Assembly (NCBI GenBank): GCA_963707505.1
Contig: CAVPQB010000004.1
Coordinates: forward strand, 704,001-768,000
DNA from: an uncultured Gemmatimonadales bacterium
GTDB taxonomy: Bacteria > Gemmatimonadota > Gemmatimonadetes > Gemmatimonadales > Gemmatimonadaceae
Reading direction: 5' to 3'
Length of the DNA stretch: 64,000 bases
Below, one piece after another: positions 1 to 9,458 of the stretch (position 1 is the stretch's first letter; every line of letters begins with the position of its first letter). Position numbers and translations under genes: made by a program. Below the pieces are notes generated by a model. It did no database searches. It saw only the letters and a list, made by a program, of their open reading frames with translations, and was not told where the DNA came from.

Positions 1-1
1 C

Positions 2-259
2 CGTTACGTCACCTGGAACACGGCGAGCGGGCCGGCCATAGCATGGGCGACCGTGTGGCTGACGCCAGAGCGCGCCGCGGACTTCTACGAGTTGATGCAA
101 CGCGCCGCCACAGCAAGAGAGCCGGCGAAGCACGGGCGGGCCGAAAGGGTCACGACGGGCGAGGTCGACGGCCGACCGGTTGTGCTGCTGGTCGATACAC
201 CCGCCGGGATCGCCCCGCCGATCAGCGTAAGCGACATCCGTTTGGGGAAACGTCCGTAG
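2..259 (+). CDS. 3' end of a hypothetical protein entering from the left edge
   Basis: Frame open from base 2 (RYVTWNTASGPAIAWATVWLTPERAADFYELM...) to TAG at 257-259. Confidence 0.6.
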   Translation, partial: RYVTWNTASGPAIAWATVWLTPERAADFYELMQRAATAREPAKHGRAERVTTGEVDGRPVVLLVDTPAGIAPPISVSDIRLGKRP

Positions 260-329
260 CCCGAGCCCGTTTCAAATGTGGAAAACCATCCGTTTGTGAT
301 CGCGCCTCGAGATCACCTCGAGTGTGCTT

Positions 330-935
330 CTACTGCTCCGCGCGAATCTCTGGCGTGGATGAAGGTGTCTGGTTCCTGGCCACATTGTGTTGCACGTCTG
401 CAACAATTCTCTCCGCCAGCGCATCTTCATACGTGCGTGCGAGATCGAGGACGTCGATGTCGGCAATCTGATATTTGCCGATGATGTCGGCGAGCTCTCG
501 AGCATCCAACCCACGGAGCTCCTGACGCAGTGTGTACTCGCCGGAATGTCTGTAAACCGCAAACGGATCCAGCACCGGCTCGTCGCTTCCGGTCGGTGTC
601 GTCTCGAGAACCGACTCACCTTCGGCACCGTCAGCGGCGTCTGCAAGCCGCGCAGTTGCATCGAGGTTCTGCGCTTCCTGTGGGGCCAGTGCGCGGGCTA
701 GAGCGTCTCTCAACTGGTGTCGCGTAATGCCAGCGGCCCAGAAACGAAGGTCGCCTCGGGACAGTTGCTCAGTCTCGCGCTGCGTTCGCACAGGGTCGCC
801 GCCAATTCGCGGTTGAAACTCGATCCACGCTTCCCACAGTCCGGTCGGAAGTCGATTTCCACGCACTTCCGCGGTAAACATTCTGCCGTCTGCGCTTAGC
901 TGAGGCTCGTCGAATTGAACCAGTACGTCCGACAT
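330..935 (-). CDS. Hypothetical protein (GLWEAWIEF...RETEQ...FWAAGIT motif)
   Basis: ORF 330..1016; ATG at 935 (MSDVLVQFD) or 986; protein-like composition. Confidence 0.7.
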   Translation of the reverse strand: MSDVLVQFDEPQLSADGRMFTAEVRGNRLPTGLWEAWIEFQPRIGGDPVRTQRETEQLSRGDLRFWAAGITRHQLRDALARALAPQEAQNLDATARLADAADGAEGESVLETTPTGSDEPVLDPFAVYRHSGEYTLRQELRGLDARELADIIGKYQIADIDVLDLARTYEDALAERIVADVQHNVARNQTPSSTPEIRAEQ

Positions 936-1178
936 GGCATCGAGGGCGGTGACGGGTCGCGAGTACTGTTGTAGTACCGCAAACATCGTCGATTTGCCGC
1001 GGCGTAGTGCAAGCAACCGGCCATATATGCTTTCAAGAAAATGTCATCCTGCTGACAGGAAGTTGCATCAGAGTGGATACGACGAAACGTCCGTTTCTGG
1101 CGGAATCGTATCCGGGATCCAATAATTGTGATGCCCCGCGGTGCCCGAATCGCCGAGCTGCGACGTTAACATTCAGCG

Positions 1179-2495
1179 GTGACGATGCACGAGCCACCAA
1201 CGATCCAGAAGCCGCAGCCCCGCCTGACCATCGCCGCGCCGCCGATCGCGGACGAGGCGCTCAAGCGCGAGCGGTTGGTCCGCATGAAGCGTTTCGCGCT
1301 GCTGCTGCTCATCTTCTCAGGCGTCATTTTCGTCATCGCTCTCGTAATGGAGCGACGTTACGGTTGGCTCTGGCTCGGCTACTTGCGCGCAGCCGCCGAG
1401 GCGTCCGTGGTCGGTGGAGTGGCGGACTGGTTTGCCGTGACTGCGCTGTTCCGCCATCCGCTCGGTATTCCGATACCGCACACGGCCATCGTACCGGCGC
1501 GCAAGGATCGGATCGGTCGCGCGCTCGGAAATTTCGTCCAGCAGAATTTTCTGGACAGGGAAGTGGTCGCGCGCAAGCTCGCCGCACTCCGGCTGGGCGA
1601 CCGCACCGCGCAGTGGCTGTCGGAGCCTGCGAATGCGCGCACCGTAACTCGCGCCACCGCGCACGCGCTCACTTCGGCCGCGAACGTCCTGCGCGACGAG
1701 GATGTGCAGTCGTTCCTGGAGCGTACCGCCGGCGACCGTCTGCGCAGCGTGCAGGTCGCACCATTACTCGGTCGCGCGTTACGGTTGCTCACGGCGGATG
1801 GCCGGCACCAGGAGCTGCTGGATGAAGCGCTTCGCCTCGCCGCACGCGCGACGGAAGCGAACGATACGCTCATTCGTGAGAAGGTGCAGGAGCAGACGCC
1901 ATGGTGGATTCCCAACGTCGTGGATAGACGCATTTCCGACCGCGTGGTAAGTGGAATCGGCCGGACGTTGGCGGAGGTAAGCGCCGATCCCGATCATCCA
2001 CTGCGGCACAAGTTCGACGACGCGGTGCGCAATTTCATCGAGCGTCTGCAAACCTCGCCAGAAACCATCGCACGAGCGGAAGCGTTGAAGGAGGAGTTGC
2101 TCGCGGATGCGGCGACGCGCGAGTTCATCGGCACGATCTGGTCCGACGTCAAGCGCAAGCTCAAGGATTACGCGCTGCTCACCGAAGATGCGGAGTTTAC
2201 CGGTGGCAAGCTGGAGGGCGCGATCGCATCGCTTGCCCACAATGCGCTGGAAGATCCCGTGCTGTCGGAGAAACTGAACGGCTGGATCGATCAGGCAGTA
2301 CTCGCGGCGGTCGACGTGTCACGCACTGAGATCGCGCAGCTCATCTCGGGGACGGTGAGCGCATGGGATCCGCAGGAGACGTCACGCCGCATCGAGCTCC
2401 AGATAGGGCGGGACCTGCAGTTTGTGCGAATCAACGGCACCATCGTGGGCGGAATGGTCGGTCTGCTGCTCTATGCTCTCACGCGCGCATTGTAG
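1179..2495 (+). CDS. DUF445 (YjiN-like) membrane protein
   Basis: AEASVVGGVADWFAVTALFRHPLG, IPHTAIVP and C-terminal GRDLQFVRINGTIVGG motifs. Confidence 0.9.
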   Translation: MTMHEPPTIQKPQPRLTIAAPPIADEALKRERLVRMKRFALLLLIFSGVIFVIALVMERRYGWLWLGYLRAAAEASVVGGVADWFAVTALFRHPLGIPIPHTAIVPARKDRIGRALGNFVQQNFLDREVVARKLAALRLGDRTAQWLSEPANARTVTRATAHALTSAANVLRDEDVQSFLERTAGDRLRSVQVAPLLGRALRLLTADGRHQELLDEALRLAARATEANDTLIREKVQEQTPWWIPNVVDRRISDRVVSGIGRTLAEVSADPDHPLRHKFDDAVRNFIERLQTSPETIARAEALKEELLADAATREFIGTIWSDVKRKLKDYALLTEDAEFTGGKLEGAIASLAHNALEDPVLSEKLNGWIDQAVLAAVDVSRTEIAQLISGTVSAWDPQETSRRIELQIGRDLQFVRINGTIVGGMVGLLLYALTRAL

Positions 2496-2530
2496 CGGCG
2501 CGCGTGAGAGAGAACGCATGACTGGCGGAA

Positions 2531-4990
2531 TCACGCACTCGCTTCCGCTTCCGCCATCGCGGGAGCGAAGTCAGCGAGTTGCGTCGGCGCGTCCGGCTCT
2601 GTAGCAGCATCGACCAGCGGCGGCTCAGGCTGTGGTAACAGCGCGACGCGCAGAACGTCATCCATGTCCGCGGCGAAGGTGAATTTCATCGCCTGCCGCA
2701 CTTCGTCCGGAATGTCGCGCAGATCCTTCTCGTTCGATGCAGGCATCATCACCTCTCTCAGGCCCGCGCGATACGCGGCCAGCACTTTCTCCTTCACGCC
2801 ACCGATCTCGAGCACCTTGCCGCGCAGCGTCACTTCGCCGGTCATCGCGAGATCGCGCCGCACGGGACGCCGGCTCAGCACGCTGGCGATCGCGAGTGTC
2901 ACGGCGGCGCCAGCACTCGGTCCGTCCTTCGGGATCGCGCCGGCGGGGAAGTGGATGTGGACGTCGGTTTCCTTGAAATCTTCGGCCGGGATACCCAGCT
3001 CGTTGCCGCGCGCGCGGACGTACGAATACGCCGCGTCCACCGATTCGCGCATCACGTCGCCAAGCTGACCCGTGACGATGAGTCGTCCGCTGCCGGGCAT
3101 GCGCAGTGCTTCGATCTGCATCAGGTCGCCGCCCGTCGCGGTCCACGCCAACCCGGTCACTGCTCCGATCTCGGGCTCCATCTCGGCTTCTTCCACATTG
3201 TAGCGCGGGACGCCGAGTACTTCGTTCACCATCGGGAGGTCGACTATCCACGCCCCCTCCTCACCCTCCGCCTTGCGTCTCGCGCGCTTTCGCATGATCG
3301 CGGCAAGATTGCGCTCGAAATTACGCAACCCTGCCTCGCGCGAATAACGGTTCGCGATGAATGCGAGTGTCTCATCGGTGAACTGGATGTCCTTGTCGCT
3401 GATGCCGTGATCTTCCAGCAGGCGCGGCAGCAGATAGCGCCACGCGATCTCGACCTTCTCTTCGACGGTGTATCCGGAGATGCGAATTATCTCCATCCTG
3501 TCGCGCAGTGCGGGCGGAATGTCGAAGAGATTGTTCGCGGTGCAGATGAAGAGGATCGACGAGAGATCGAACGGCAGATTGAGATAGTGATCTACAAATG
3601 TCTTGTTCTGTGATGGATCGAGCACTTCGAGCATCGCCGCGGTGGGATCGCCCGACGGTCCGCCATGCGTCATCTTGTCGATCTCGTCGATCATCATCAC
3701 GGGATCGCGTACCGCGACGCGCCGCAACGCCTGGATGATCAGTCCCGGCATCGCGCCGACGTACGTGCGCCGGTGTCCGCGAATCTCGGCCTCGTCGCGC
3801 ACACCGCCGACCGAGATCCGATAGAACTGTCGCCCGATCGACGTCGCGATCGCTTCGCCGAGCGACGTCTTGCCAGTGCCCGGCGGCCCGACAAAGCAGA
3901 GGATGGGACCGTGTTGCTCGCCGCCGCGCAGCTTGCGCACGGCGAGATATTCGATGATGCGCTCCTTGGCGTCGCTCAATCCGTAGTGTCGCGAGTCGAG
4001 CGCCTCTTCCACTGACTTGAGCTCGATCTGATCAGCGCCGGTGCGCGCGTGCCAGGGCAGCGACAGAATCCAGTCGAGATACGTGCGAATCACCTGATAC
4101 TCGCTCGACGCCGGCGACAGCATGCGCAACCGTTCGGTCTCACGTTTCGCTTCCGCCAGCGCGCGCTCCGGAAGATTCGCCTCTTCCACGCGACGCAACA
4201 GCTGAACCGAATCCTTTTCGCCGGGATCAGCCTCACCAAGCTCCGCCTGAATCGCGCGTAGCTGTTGGCGAAGGTAGAACTCGCGCTGATGTTGCTCGAT
4301 CTTGATTTCCGTCTGTCGCTTGACGTCCTCGACCACGCGCGCGCGTGCGACCTCGCGCTCGAGCCGGGTGAGTATGAAGCGAAGGCGCTGACCGATGTCG
4401 AGGCGCTGGAGAACTTCATCCTTGTCGGCGATCCGGAAGTTCATGTTCGTCGCAGCGAGATCGGCGAACCTCCCCGGATCGGAGATGTTCATCTTGAGAA
4501 TCGCCGGAACCTCGTCCGGGATTCTGTCGATGAGCTCGGCAAGTGTTTCAGACGCAGATGCAACGCGCGTGACAAGGTCATCGACTTCGAGCGCATCCGG
4601 CGCAACCTCGCGCGCGGGCTTGATGTTCGCTTCCGGGTACGGCTCCGTCTGAACGATCTCGCCGATCACGATGCGGCGCAGCCCCTGCATCGTGATCTGT
4701 ACCGTGTCGCCGGGAAGATTGATGCGCTCATGTATGCGTGCCGCGACGCCGACCCTGCCCACGAAGCGCGCGAGGTCCGCGTCCTGGTCATGATCGCCGG
4801 TCGCCACCACGAGCGCCACGATCAGCCCCGGTTCCTCGTGCGCTTTCAATAGCGCCAGATTCTCCGGCGCACCCATCTGCACCGCGATGGTGCCGAGTGG
4901 ATAGACGATGGTGGATCGGAGCGCCATCAGCGGAAGTGTCGGCGGCAGCTCCGAGCGGAGGATCTCTTCCTTGCGTTGCGGCTTGGGCAT
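2531..4990 (-). CDS. lon: ATP-dependent Lon protease
   Basis: LON N-domain, Walker A GPPGTGKT, RGHRRTYVGAMPG, Walker B MIDEIDK, catalytic PKDGPSAG and GGVKEK. Confidence 0.97.
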   Translation of the reverse strand: MPKPQRKEEILRSELPPTLPLMALRSTIVYPLGTIAVQMGAPENLALLKAHEEPGLIVALVVATGDHDQDADLARFVGRVGVAARIHERINLPGDTVQITMQGLRRIVIGEIVQTEPYPEANIKPAREVAPDALEVDDLVTRVASASETLAELIDRIPDEVPAILKMNISDPGRFADLAATNMNFRIADKDEVLQRLDIGQRLRFILTRLEREVARARVVEDVKRQTEIKIEQHQREFYLRQQLRAIQAELGEADPGEKDSVQLLRRVEEANLPERALAEAKRETERLRMLSPASSEYQVIRTYLDWILSLPWHARTGADQIELKSVEEALDSRHYGLSDAKERIIEYLAVRKLRGGEQHGPILCFVGPPGTGKTSLGEAIATSIGRQFYRISVGGVRDEAEIRGHRRTYVGAMPGLIIQALRRVAVRDPVMMIDEIDKMTHGGPSGDPTAAMLEVLDPSQNKTFVDHYLNLPFDLSSILFICTANNLFDIPPALRDRMEIIRISGYTVEEKVEIAWRYLLPRLLEDHGISDKDIQFTDETLAFIANRYSREAGLRNFERNLAAIMRKRARRKAEGEEGAWIVDLPMVNEVLGVPRYNVEEAEMEPEIGAVTGLAWTATGGDLMQIEALRMPGSGRLIVTGQLGDVMRESVDAAYSYVRARGNELGIPAEDFKETDVHIHFPAGAIPKDGPSAGAAVTLAIASVLSRRPVRRDLAMTGEVTLRGKVLEIGGVKEKVLAAYRAGLREVMMPASNEKDLRDIPDEVRQAMKFTFAADMDDVLRVALLPQPEPPLVDAATEPDAPTQLADFAPAMAEAEASA

Positions 4991-5000
4991 GTATGAGAAT

Positions 5001-5633
5001 CTAGGGCGCTAGACCGGCATAGTTAAGCGCCGGGGACGCCGATATGTCCCAGCCTTTCGTGACACCCCCGAAAGCGGGAACCCATCCAACGGTCATCCGC
5101 GCGAAAGCGGGGATCCATCCAACCGTCATCCCCGCGGAAGCGGAAATCCATTCTTGACCATGCCATGGCGGTTTGCAACGGTCCCGCACCAATCTGAGGT
5201 CGAACCGGAACGGAAGCATGCGTACCACTGTGATTGCACCTTCATCCTGGTGACGCGGATTGATCAGCACATTGGATTCTCCCGGCACGATTGCGGAGGG
5301 CACCAGCAGCGCTGCAGTGCCGCCACGAGCGAGCCAGGCGTCGTCCAACGCGCGCGACGCGGGGTGCGATGGCTTGTCTTGCCATTCCGGCGGAAGCACA
5401 TCATTCGGAACGGTCGTCGTGCGCAAGTTGTCGGGGATCTCCGTCTCGTAACTCATGAGACCTGGTGGCACTGCGTCCGGCTCAACGTGTACCAGCACCT
5501 CCAGCACTGCAAGCGACAGCCGCTCGGATGCGTACACGACGGGATTGCCGGGGGAATTCCATCGTCCGCGGTCAGCCGTCCTGCTCGAATCACACTCTCC
5601 AGTGCGCTGACGGGCACCAGGGCACCATAGGCG
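5001..5633 (-). pseudogene. Degenerate RES-domain (NAD+ phosphorylase-type) toxin
   Basis: In-frame RLW...GRWNSPGNPVVYASERLSLAVLEVLVH...VPSAIVPGESNVLINPRH...FRFDLRL. No start codon between the upstream TAA and GRWNS; reads through into the repeat array. Confidence 0.75.
5058..5156. repeat. Three tandem 33-bp dRS3/REP-like palindromic units
   Basis: Units 5058-5090, 5091-5123, 5124-5156; consensus cGTCATCCCCGCGAAAGCGGGGATCCAtccaac. Confidence 0.9.
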
Positions 5634-5673
5634 CTGATCCCGTCGGCATCGGTCTACCCCTTATCTTTCACGC

Positions 5674-7011
5674 ATGTTCGAAGAACTATCCGATAAACTC
5701 GAGAACACCTTCGCCAAGCTCCGCGGCCGCGGCGTTCTCACCGAAGCCGATATCAAGGAAGGCCTCCGCGAAGTGCGCCGCGTGCTGCTCGAAGCAGACG
5801 TGTCGTTCACACTCACGCGCGAATTTCTCGAGCGCGTGGAAGCCAAGGCCGTTGGCATCACGCAGCTCAAGAGTGTCTCACCAGCACAGCAGCTCATCAA
5901 GGTCGTTTACGAAGAGCTCACTGCAATGCTCGGCGAGCGCCGCGAAGGGCTCAAGCTGTCATCGATTCCGCCGACGGTGGTGATGTTGGTCGGACTGCAG
6001 GGCTCGGGCAAGACGACCACCGCGGGCAAGCTCGCACTGAAGCTCAAGAAGGAAGGTCGTGCAACGCGTCTCGTCGCCGCCGACGTATATCGTCCCGCAG
6101 CAATCGACCAGCTCGAGACACTCGGCAAACAGCTCGACGTCCCCGTGTACGCCGATCGTTCCACGCAGGACGTCGTGCGCATCGCTAAGGCCGGCATCGA
6201 GGAAGCGAAGCGCGAGCGCGACCGTGTGGTCATCGTCGATACCGCCGGCCGGCTGCAGATCGACGATTCGATGATGCAGGAGCTGCAGCGCCTGAAGAAG
6301 GAAATCCAGCCGACTGAAATCCTGCTGGTCGCCGATGGCATGACCGGTCAGGACGCAGTGCGGATCGCCGAAGGATTCGACAAGGCGCTCAACGTCACCG
6401 GCGTCATTCTCACCAAGATGGACGGCGACGCGCGCGGTGGTGCGGCGCTCTCGATCTACGGCGTCACCAAAAAGCCAATCAAGTACATCGGTGTCGGCGA
6501 GAAGTCCGATGCGCTGGAAGACTTCTATCCCGACCGCATGGCGGGCCGCATTCTGCAGCAGGGTGACGTGCTCACACTGGTCGAGAAGGCCCAGGGTGCG
6601 TTCGACGCAGCGGAGGCCAAGAAGCTCGAGAAGAAGGTCCGCAAGGAAGGGATGGACCTGGCCGACTTTCTCACCGCGATGAAGCAGATCGAGAAGCTCG
6701 GGCCCCTGGAAGGGATCCTCAAAATGCTGCCCGGCGTCAACACCAAGGCGCTCAAGCAGATGAAGACCGAGCCCAAGCGGCTCAAGCACGTCGAGGCGAT
6801 GATTCTGTCGATGACCCCTGCTGAGCGACGGGACCCCAGTCTGCTCAACGGATCCCGGAGAGCCCGGGTCGCCCGTGGATCGGGCCGGACGATCCAGGAA
6901 GTGAACCGGCTCCTGGAGCAGTTCCGTGACATGCAGAAGATGATGAAGAAAATGGGCACCAAGCCCGGTGGCCGGATGCCGGCACTGCCAGGCATGTTCG
7001 GGATGCGTTAA
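5674..7011 (+). CDS. ffh: Signal recognition particle protein
   Basis: GLQGSGKTTT, DVYRPAA, DTAGR, TKMDGDARGG and Met-rich M domain. Confidence 0.98.
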   Translation: MFEELSDKLENTFAKLRGRGVLTEADIKEGLREVRRVLLEADVSFTLTREFLERVEAKAVGITQLKSVSPAQQLIKVVYEELTAMLGERREGLKLSSIPPTVVMLVGLQGSGKTTTAGKLALKLKKEGRATRLVAADVYRPAAIDQLETLGKQLDVPVYADRSTQDVVRIAKAGIEEAKRERDRVVIVDTAGRLQIDDSMMQELQRLKKEIQPTEILLVADGMTGQDAVRIAEGFDKALNVTGVILTKMDGDARGGAALSIYGVTKKPIKYIGVGEKSDALEDFYPDRMAGRILQQGDVLTLVEKAQGAFDAAEAKKLEKKVRKEGMDLADFLTAMKQIEKLGPLEGILKMLPGVNTKALKQMKTEPKRLKHVEAMILSMTPAERRDPSLLNGSRRARVARGSGRTIQEVNRLLEQFRDMQKMMKKMGTKPGGRMPALPGMFGMR

Positions 7012-7100
7012 ATTTCTCAGGCTATACCGGATGCGCCGCGGAGACACCGCGGACGCGATGAGTCCGGCGTTCGACCCGCTACCTCATAGGGAGTATTCAC

Positions 7101-7457
7101 ATGGTTCGTATTCGTCTCCGCCGCATCGGCCGCAAAAAGGCGCCGGTGTATCGTATAGTCGTCGCCGACTCACAGAGTCCGCGCGATGGCAAGTTCATCG
7201 AGATCATCGGTCAGTATGCTCCTCGCCAGAGCGAGGGCGGGTTGAACGTCAATGAGGATCGCGCCAACTACTGGATGAACGTCGGCGCTCAGCCGAGCGA
7301 TACCGTTCGGTCGTTGCTGCGTCGCGCTGGGATTCTCAAGCGCCGTCACGAGCTGCGCACGGGACGCGTGGTTACCTCCAAGGCCGCTCCGGTCGAAGAG
7401 CAGCCCGATCTGTCCAACGTCATTCCGATCAACGAAGAGCCAGCTGCCGAAGCTTGA
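7101..7457 (+). CDS. rpsP: 30S ribosomal protein S16
   Basis: MVRIRLRRIGRKKAPVYRIVVADSQSPRDG...GAQPSDTV; GGGAG RBS; follows ffh. Confidence 0.98.
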   Translation: MVRIRLRRIGRKKAPVYRIVVADSQSPRDGKFIEIIGQYAPRQSEGGLNVNEDRANYWMNVGAQPSDTVRSLLRRAGILKRRHELRTGRVVTSKAAPVEEQPDLSNVIPINEEPAAEA

Positions 7458-7479
7458 TGCTTCAGCGCGCATAAATTGC

Positions 7480-7509
7480 AAGGCCGGCCCCGTGGCCGGC
7501 CTTACTTTT
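7480..7509 (+). terminator. Probable intrinsic terminator after rpsP
   Basis: AAGGCCGGCC-ccgt-GGCCGGCCTT followed by ACTTTT. Confidence 0.65.
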
Positions 7510-7512
7510 GCC

Positions 7513-7593
7513 CGTCATCCCCGTTTGTTCGTCATTTTCCGCTTGCGCGTCATCCCCGCAGCCCATCGTCATCCCCGCGAAAGCGGGGATCCA
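7513..7593. repeat. One full dRS3/REP-like unit (7567-7593) preceded by three truncated starts
   Basis: CGTCATCCCCGCGAAAGCGGGGATCCA at 7567; CGTCAT also at 7513, 7530, 7548. Confidence 0.85.
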
Positions 7594-7603
7594 TTTTTCA
7601 ACG

Positions 7604-8161
7604 ATGCCAGATAACGCATTCGCAATCATCGGCCGCATCCGCAAGCCCCAGGGCATTCGCGGTGACGTCACGGTCGAGCTGCTCACCGACGAGCCCGAGC
7701 GTTTCTTCGCGCCCGGAAGTCGCGTATTCGCGGGGACGATCACGGGTGACATTGCACAGCATCCGTCCGATCGCCGGAACCCGCTGAGCCGGCAGGAGCT
7801 GCGTGTGGAAGAGGCCTCGCCATACAAGGGTGGCCTCGTCGTGAAGTTCGACGCGATGCCGGATCGCACTGCCGCCGAGATGTGGCGTCAACGGTATCTG
7901 CTCGTGCCAGCGGATGAGCTTACCCCGCCGAGTGTTGACGAGGTATTCATGCACGATCTCATCGGCATGCACGTGCGCGGCGACGATGGAACCGAGATCG
8001 GCGAAGTTACGGGTCTGTATGAATTGCCGCAGGGACTCACACTCGACGTGAAGCGTGTGGGCGGCGATGTGCTGGTTCCGTACCGACCGTCCGTTGTGCG
8101 CGAAGTCGATCTGGATGCGCGCGTGGTGCTGGTGGAGATGTCGTCGGGATTGTTCGAGTGA
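7604..8161 (+). CDS. rimM: 16S rRNA processing protein RimM
   Basis: IGRIRKPQGIRGDV, DEVFMHDLIG, LVPY motifs; between rpsP and trmD. Confidence 0.95.
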   Translation: MPDNAFAIIGRIRKPQGIRGDVTVELLTDEPERFFAPGSRVFAGTITGDIAQHPSDRRNPLSRQELRVEEASPYKGGLVVKFDAMPDRTAAEMWRQRYLLVPADELTPPSVDEVFMHDLIGMHVRGDDGTEIGEVTGLYELPQGLTLDVKRVGGDVLVPYRPSVVREVDLDARVVLVEMSSGLFE

Positions 8162-8201
8162 TGTCGTGCGTGACGGTGTGCGCCATCGCAACGCGGTCGA
8201 C

Positions 8202-8855
8202 ATGCTGACGATAAACGTCGTAACGATATTCCCCGATTTCTTCACGACGCCGCTCGCGCTCAGCATTCCGTCACGGGCCGCTGCGGCTGGTTCCGTGAAG
8301 TACAATGTCGTCGACCTGCGCGACTTCACGCACGATCGTCACCGCACGGTGGATGATTATCCGTACGGCGGCGGCCCCGGAATGGTGATGAAACCGGACC
8401 CGTTCTTCGAAGCCGTCGATGCACTTGGCGCGAGCGCTCCGATTGTGCTGCTGTCGCCGCGCGGGCGCCGCTTCGAACAGGCGGACGCGGTGCGATTCGC
8501 GAGCGGTACGGAGCTCACGCTTTTGTGCGGCCATTACAAGGACGTCGATCAGCGAGTAGCGGATCATCTCGCTACCGAAGAGCTCTCACTCGGCGACTTC
8601 GTCGTGAGCGGAGGAGAGGTTGCTGCGCTTGCGATCATCGACGCGACGGCGCGGCTGCTGCCCGGCGCGATGTCGGATCTGGAGAGCGCTTACGGCGACT
8701 CGTTCTACGATGGCCGCGGAATATCGGCGCCGAGCTACACGCGGCCGCCGGAATTCAGGGGACACGCTGTGCCGGAGATTTTGTTGTCGGGCGATCACGC
8801 GAAGATCGCGAAGTGGAAGAAGGAGCAGGAGCGCTCGTCGGCAAGCCGCGAATGA
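8202..8855 (+). CDS. trmD: tRNA (guanine-37-N1)-methyltransferase
   Basis: VDDYPYGGGPGMVMKP, LLSPRG, CGHYKDVDQRV, SLGDFVVSGGE, YTRP, LLSGDH. Confidence 0.97.
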   Translation: MLTINVVTIFPDFFTTPLALSIPSRAAAAGSVKYNVVDLRDFTHDRHRTVDDYPYGGGPGMVMKPDPFFEAVDALGASAPIVLLSPRGRRFEQADAVRFASGTELTLLCGHYKDVDQRVADHLATEELSLGDFVVSGGEVAALAIIDATARLLPGAMSDLESAYGDSFYDGRGISAPSYTRPPEFRGHAVPEILLSGDHAKIAKWKKEQERSSASRE

Positions 8856-9019
8856 CAGGGCAAGTCGAGCTCTCCGAACGCTCCTGGCGCTTCGCGGCGA
8901 CTGGAATTGCCGTCAGTTTTCGCGGCCAGGCCGGGGGCTTGCCGCCAATACCGCGTGCCACCGCGGAGCCGTGCCAGTGTCAGCTCCGAGTATGGCCACG
9001 GGCGGGGTCCGACCTGCCA

Positions 9020-9048
9020 TTGCAGTTCAATTGGTACCCGGCTATTTT
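9020..9048 (+). promoter_or_regulatory. Candidate sigma70 promoter for the rplS operon
   Basis: TTGCAG-17 bp-TATTTT, 35 bp upstream of the rplS ATG. Confidence 0.45.
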
Positions 9049-9083
9049 CCAAGACTGTCCCCGAAAACGTCGAGAATATCCCC

Positions 9084-9458
9084 ATGCACGCCTTTAGCGA
9101 AACCCAGAAAGAGTGGCTCCGTACCGATGTTCCCCCCTTCCGGGCCGGCGACACGGTGCGCGTGAACGTCCGGGTCAAAGAGGGTGACAAGGAGCGGGTT
9201 CAGGCTTTCGAGGGCGTCTGCATCGCCCGCCGCGGTGCTGGCGTTTCGGCCAGCTTCACGGTTCGGAAGATCTCGAACGGCATTGGTGTAGAGCGCATTT
9301 TCCCGCTCCATTCGCCGATGCTCGCCGATATCGCAGTCGTCCGCCGCGGCCGCGTCCGCCGCGCCAAGCTGTTCTATCTCCGGGCACTGACCGGCAAGGC
9401 CACGCGCATCAAGGAGCGTAAGGCCAAGCCAGCGACCGCACAGGCCGGCAACGCCTGA
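9084..9458 (+). CDS. rplS: 50S ribosomal protein L19
   Basis: FRAGDTVRV...KERVQAFEG...[21 protein letters not shown]...[10 protein letters not shown]. Confidence 0.98.
   Translation: MHAFSETQKEWLRTDVPPFRAGDTVRVNVRVKEGDKERVQAFEGVCIARRGAGVSASFTVRKISNGIGVERIFPLHSPMLADIAVVRRGRVRRAKLFYLRALTGKATRIKERKAKPATAQAGNA

Noticed and set aside
1047..1113. Hammerhead ribozyme suggested by CTGA...GAAAC
   Set aside because: Core reads CTGACAG rather than CTGANGA and the stems do not fit
5058..5156. 33-bp periodic repeats as a CRISPR array
   Set aside because: Units are contiguous with no unique spacers, copies are dispersed elsewhere, and no cas genes are present
7508..7603. N-terminal extension of RimM in the ORF track
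   Set aside because: It is translated repeat sequence (VIPAKAGIH); ATG 7604 fits RimM
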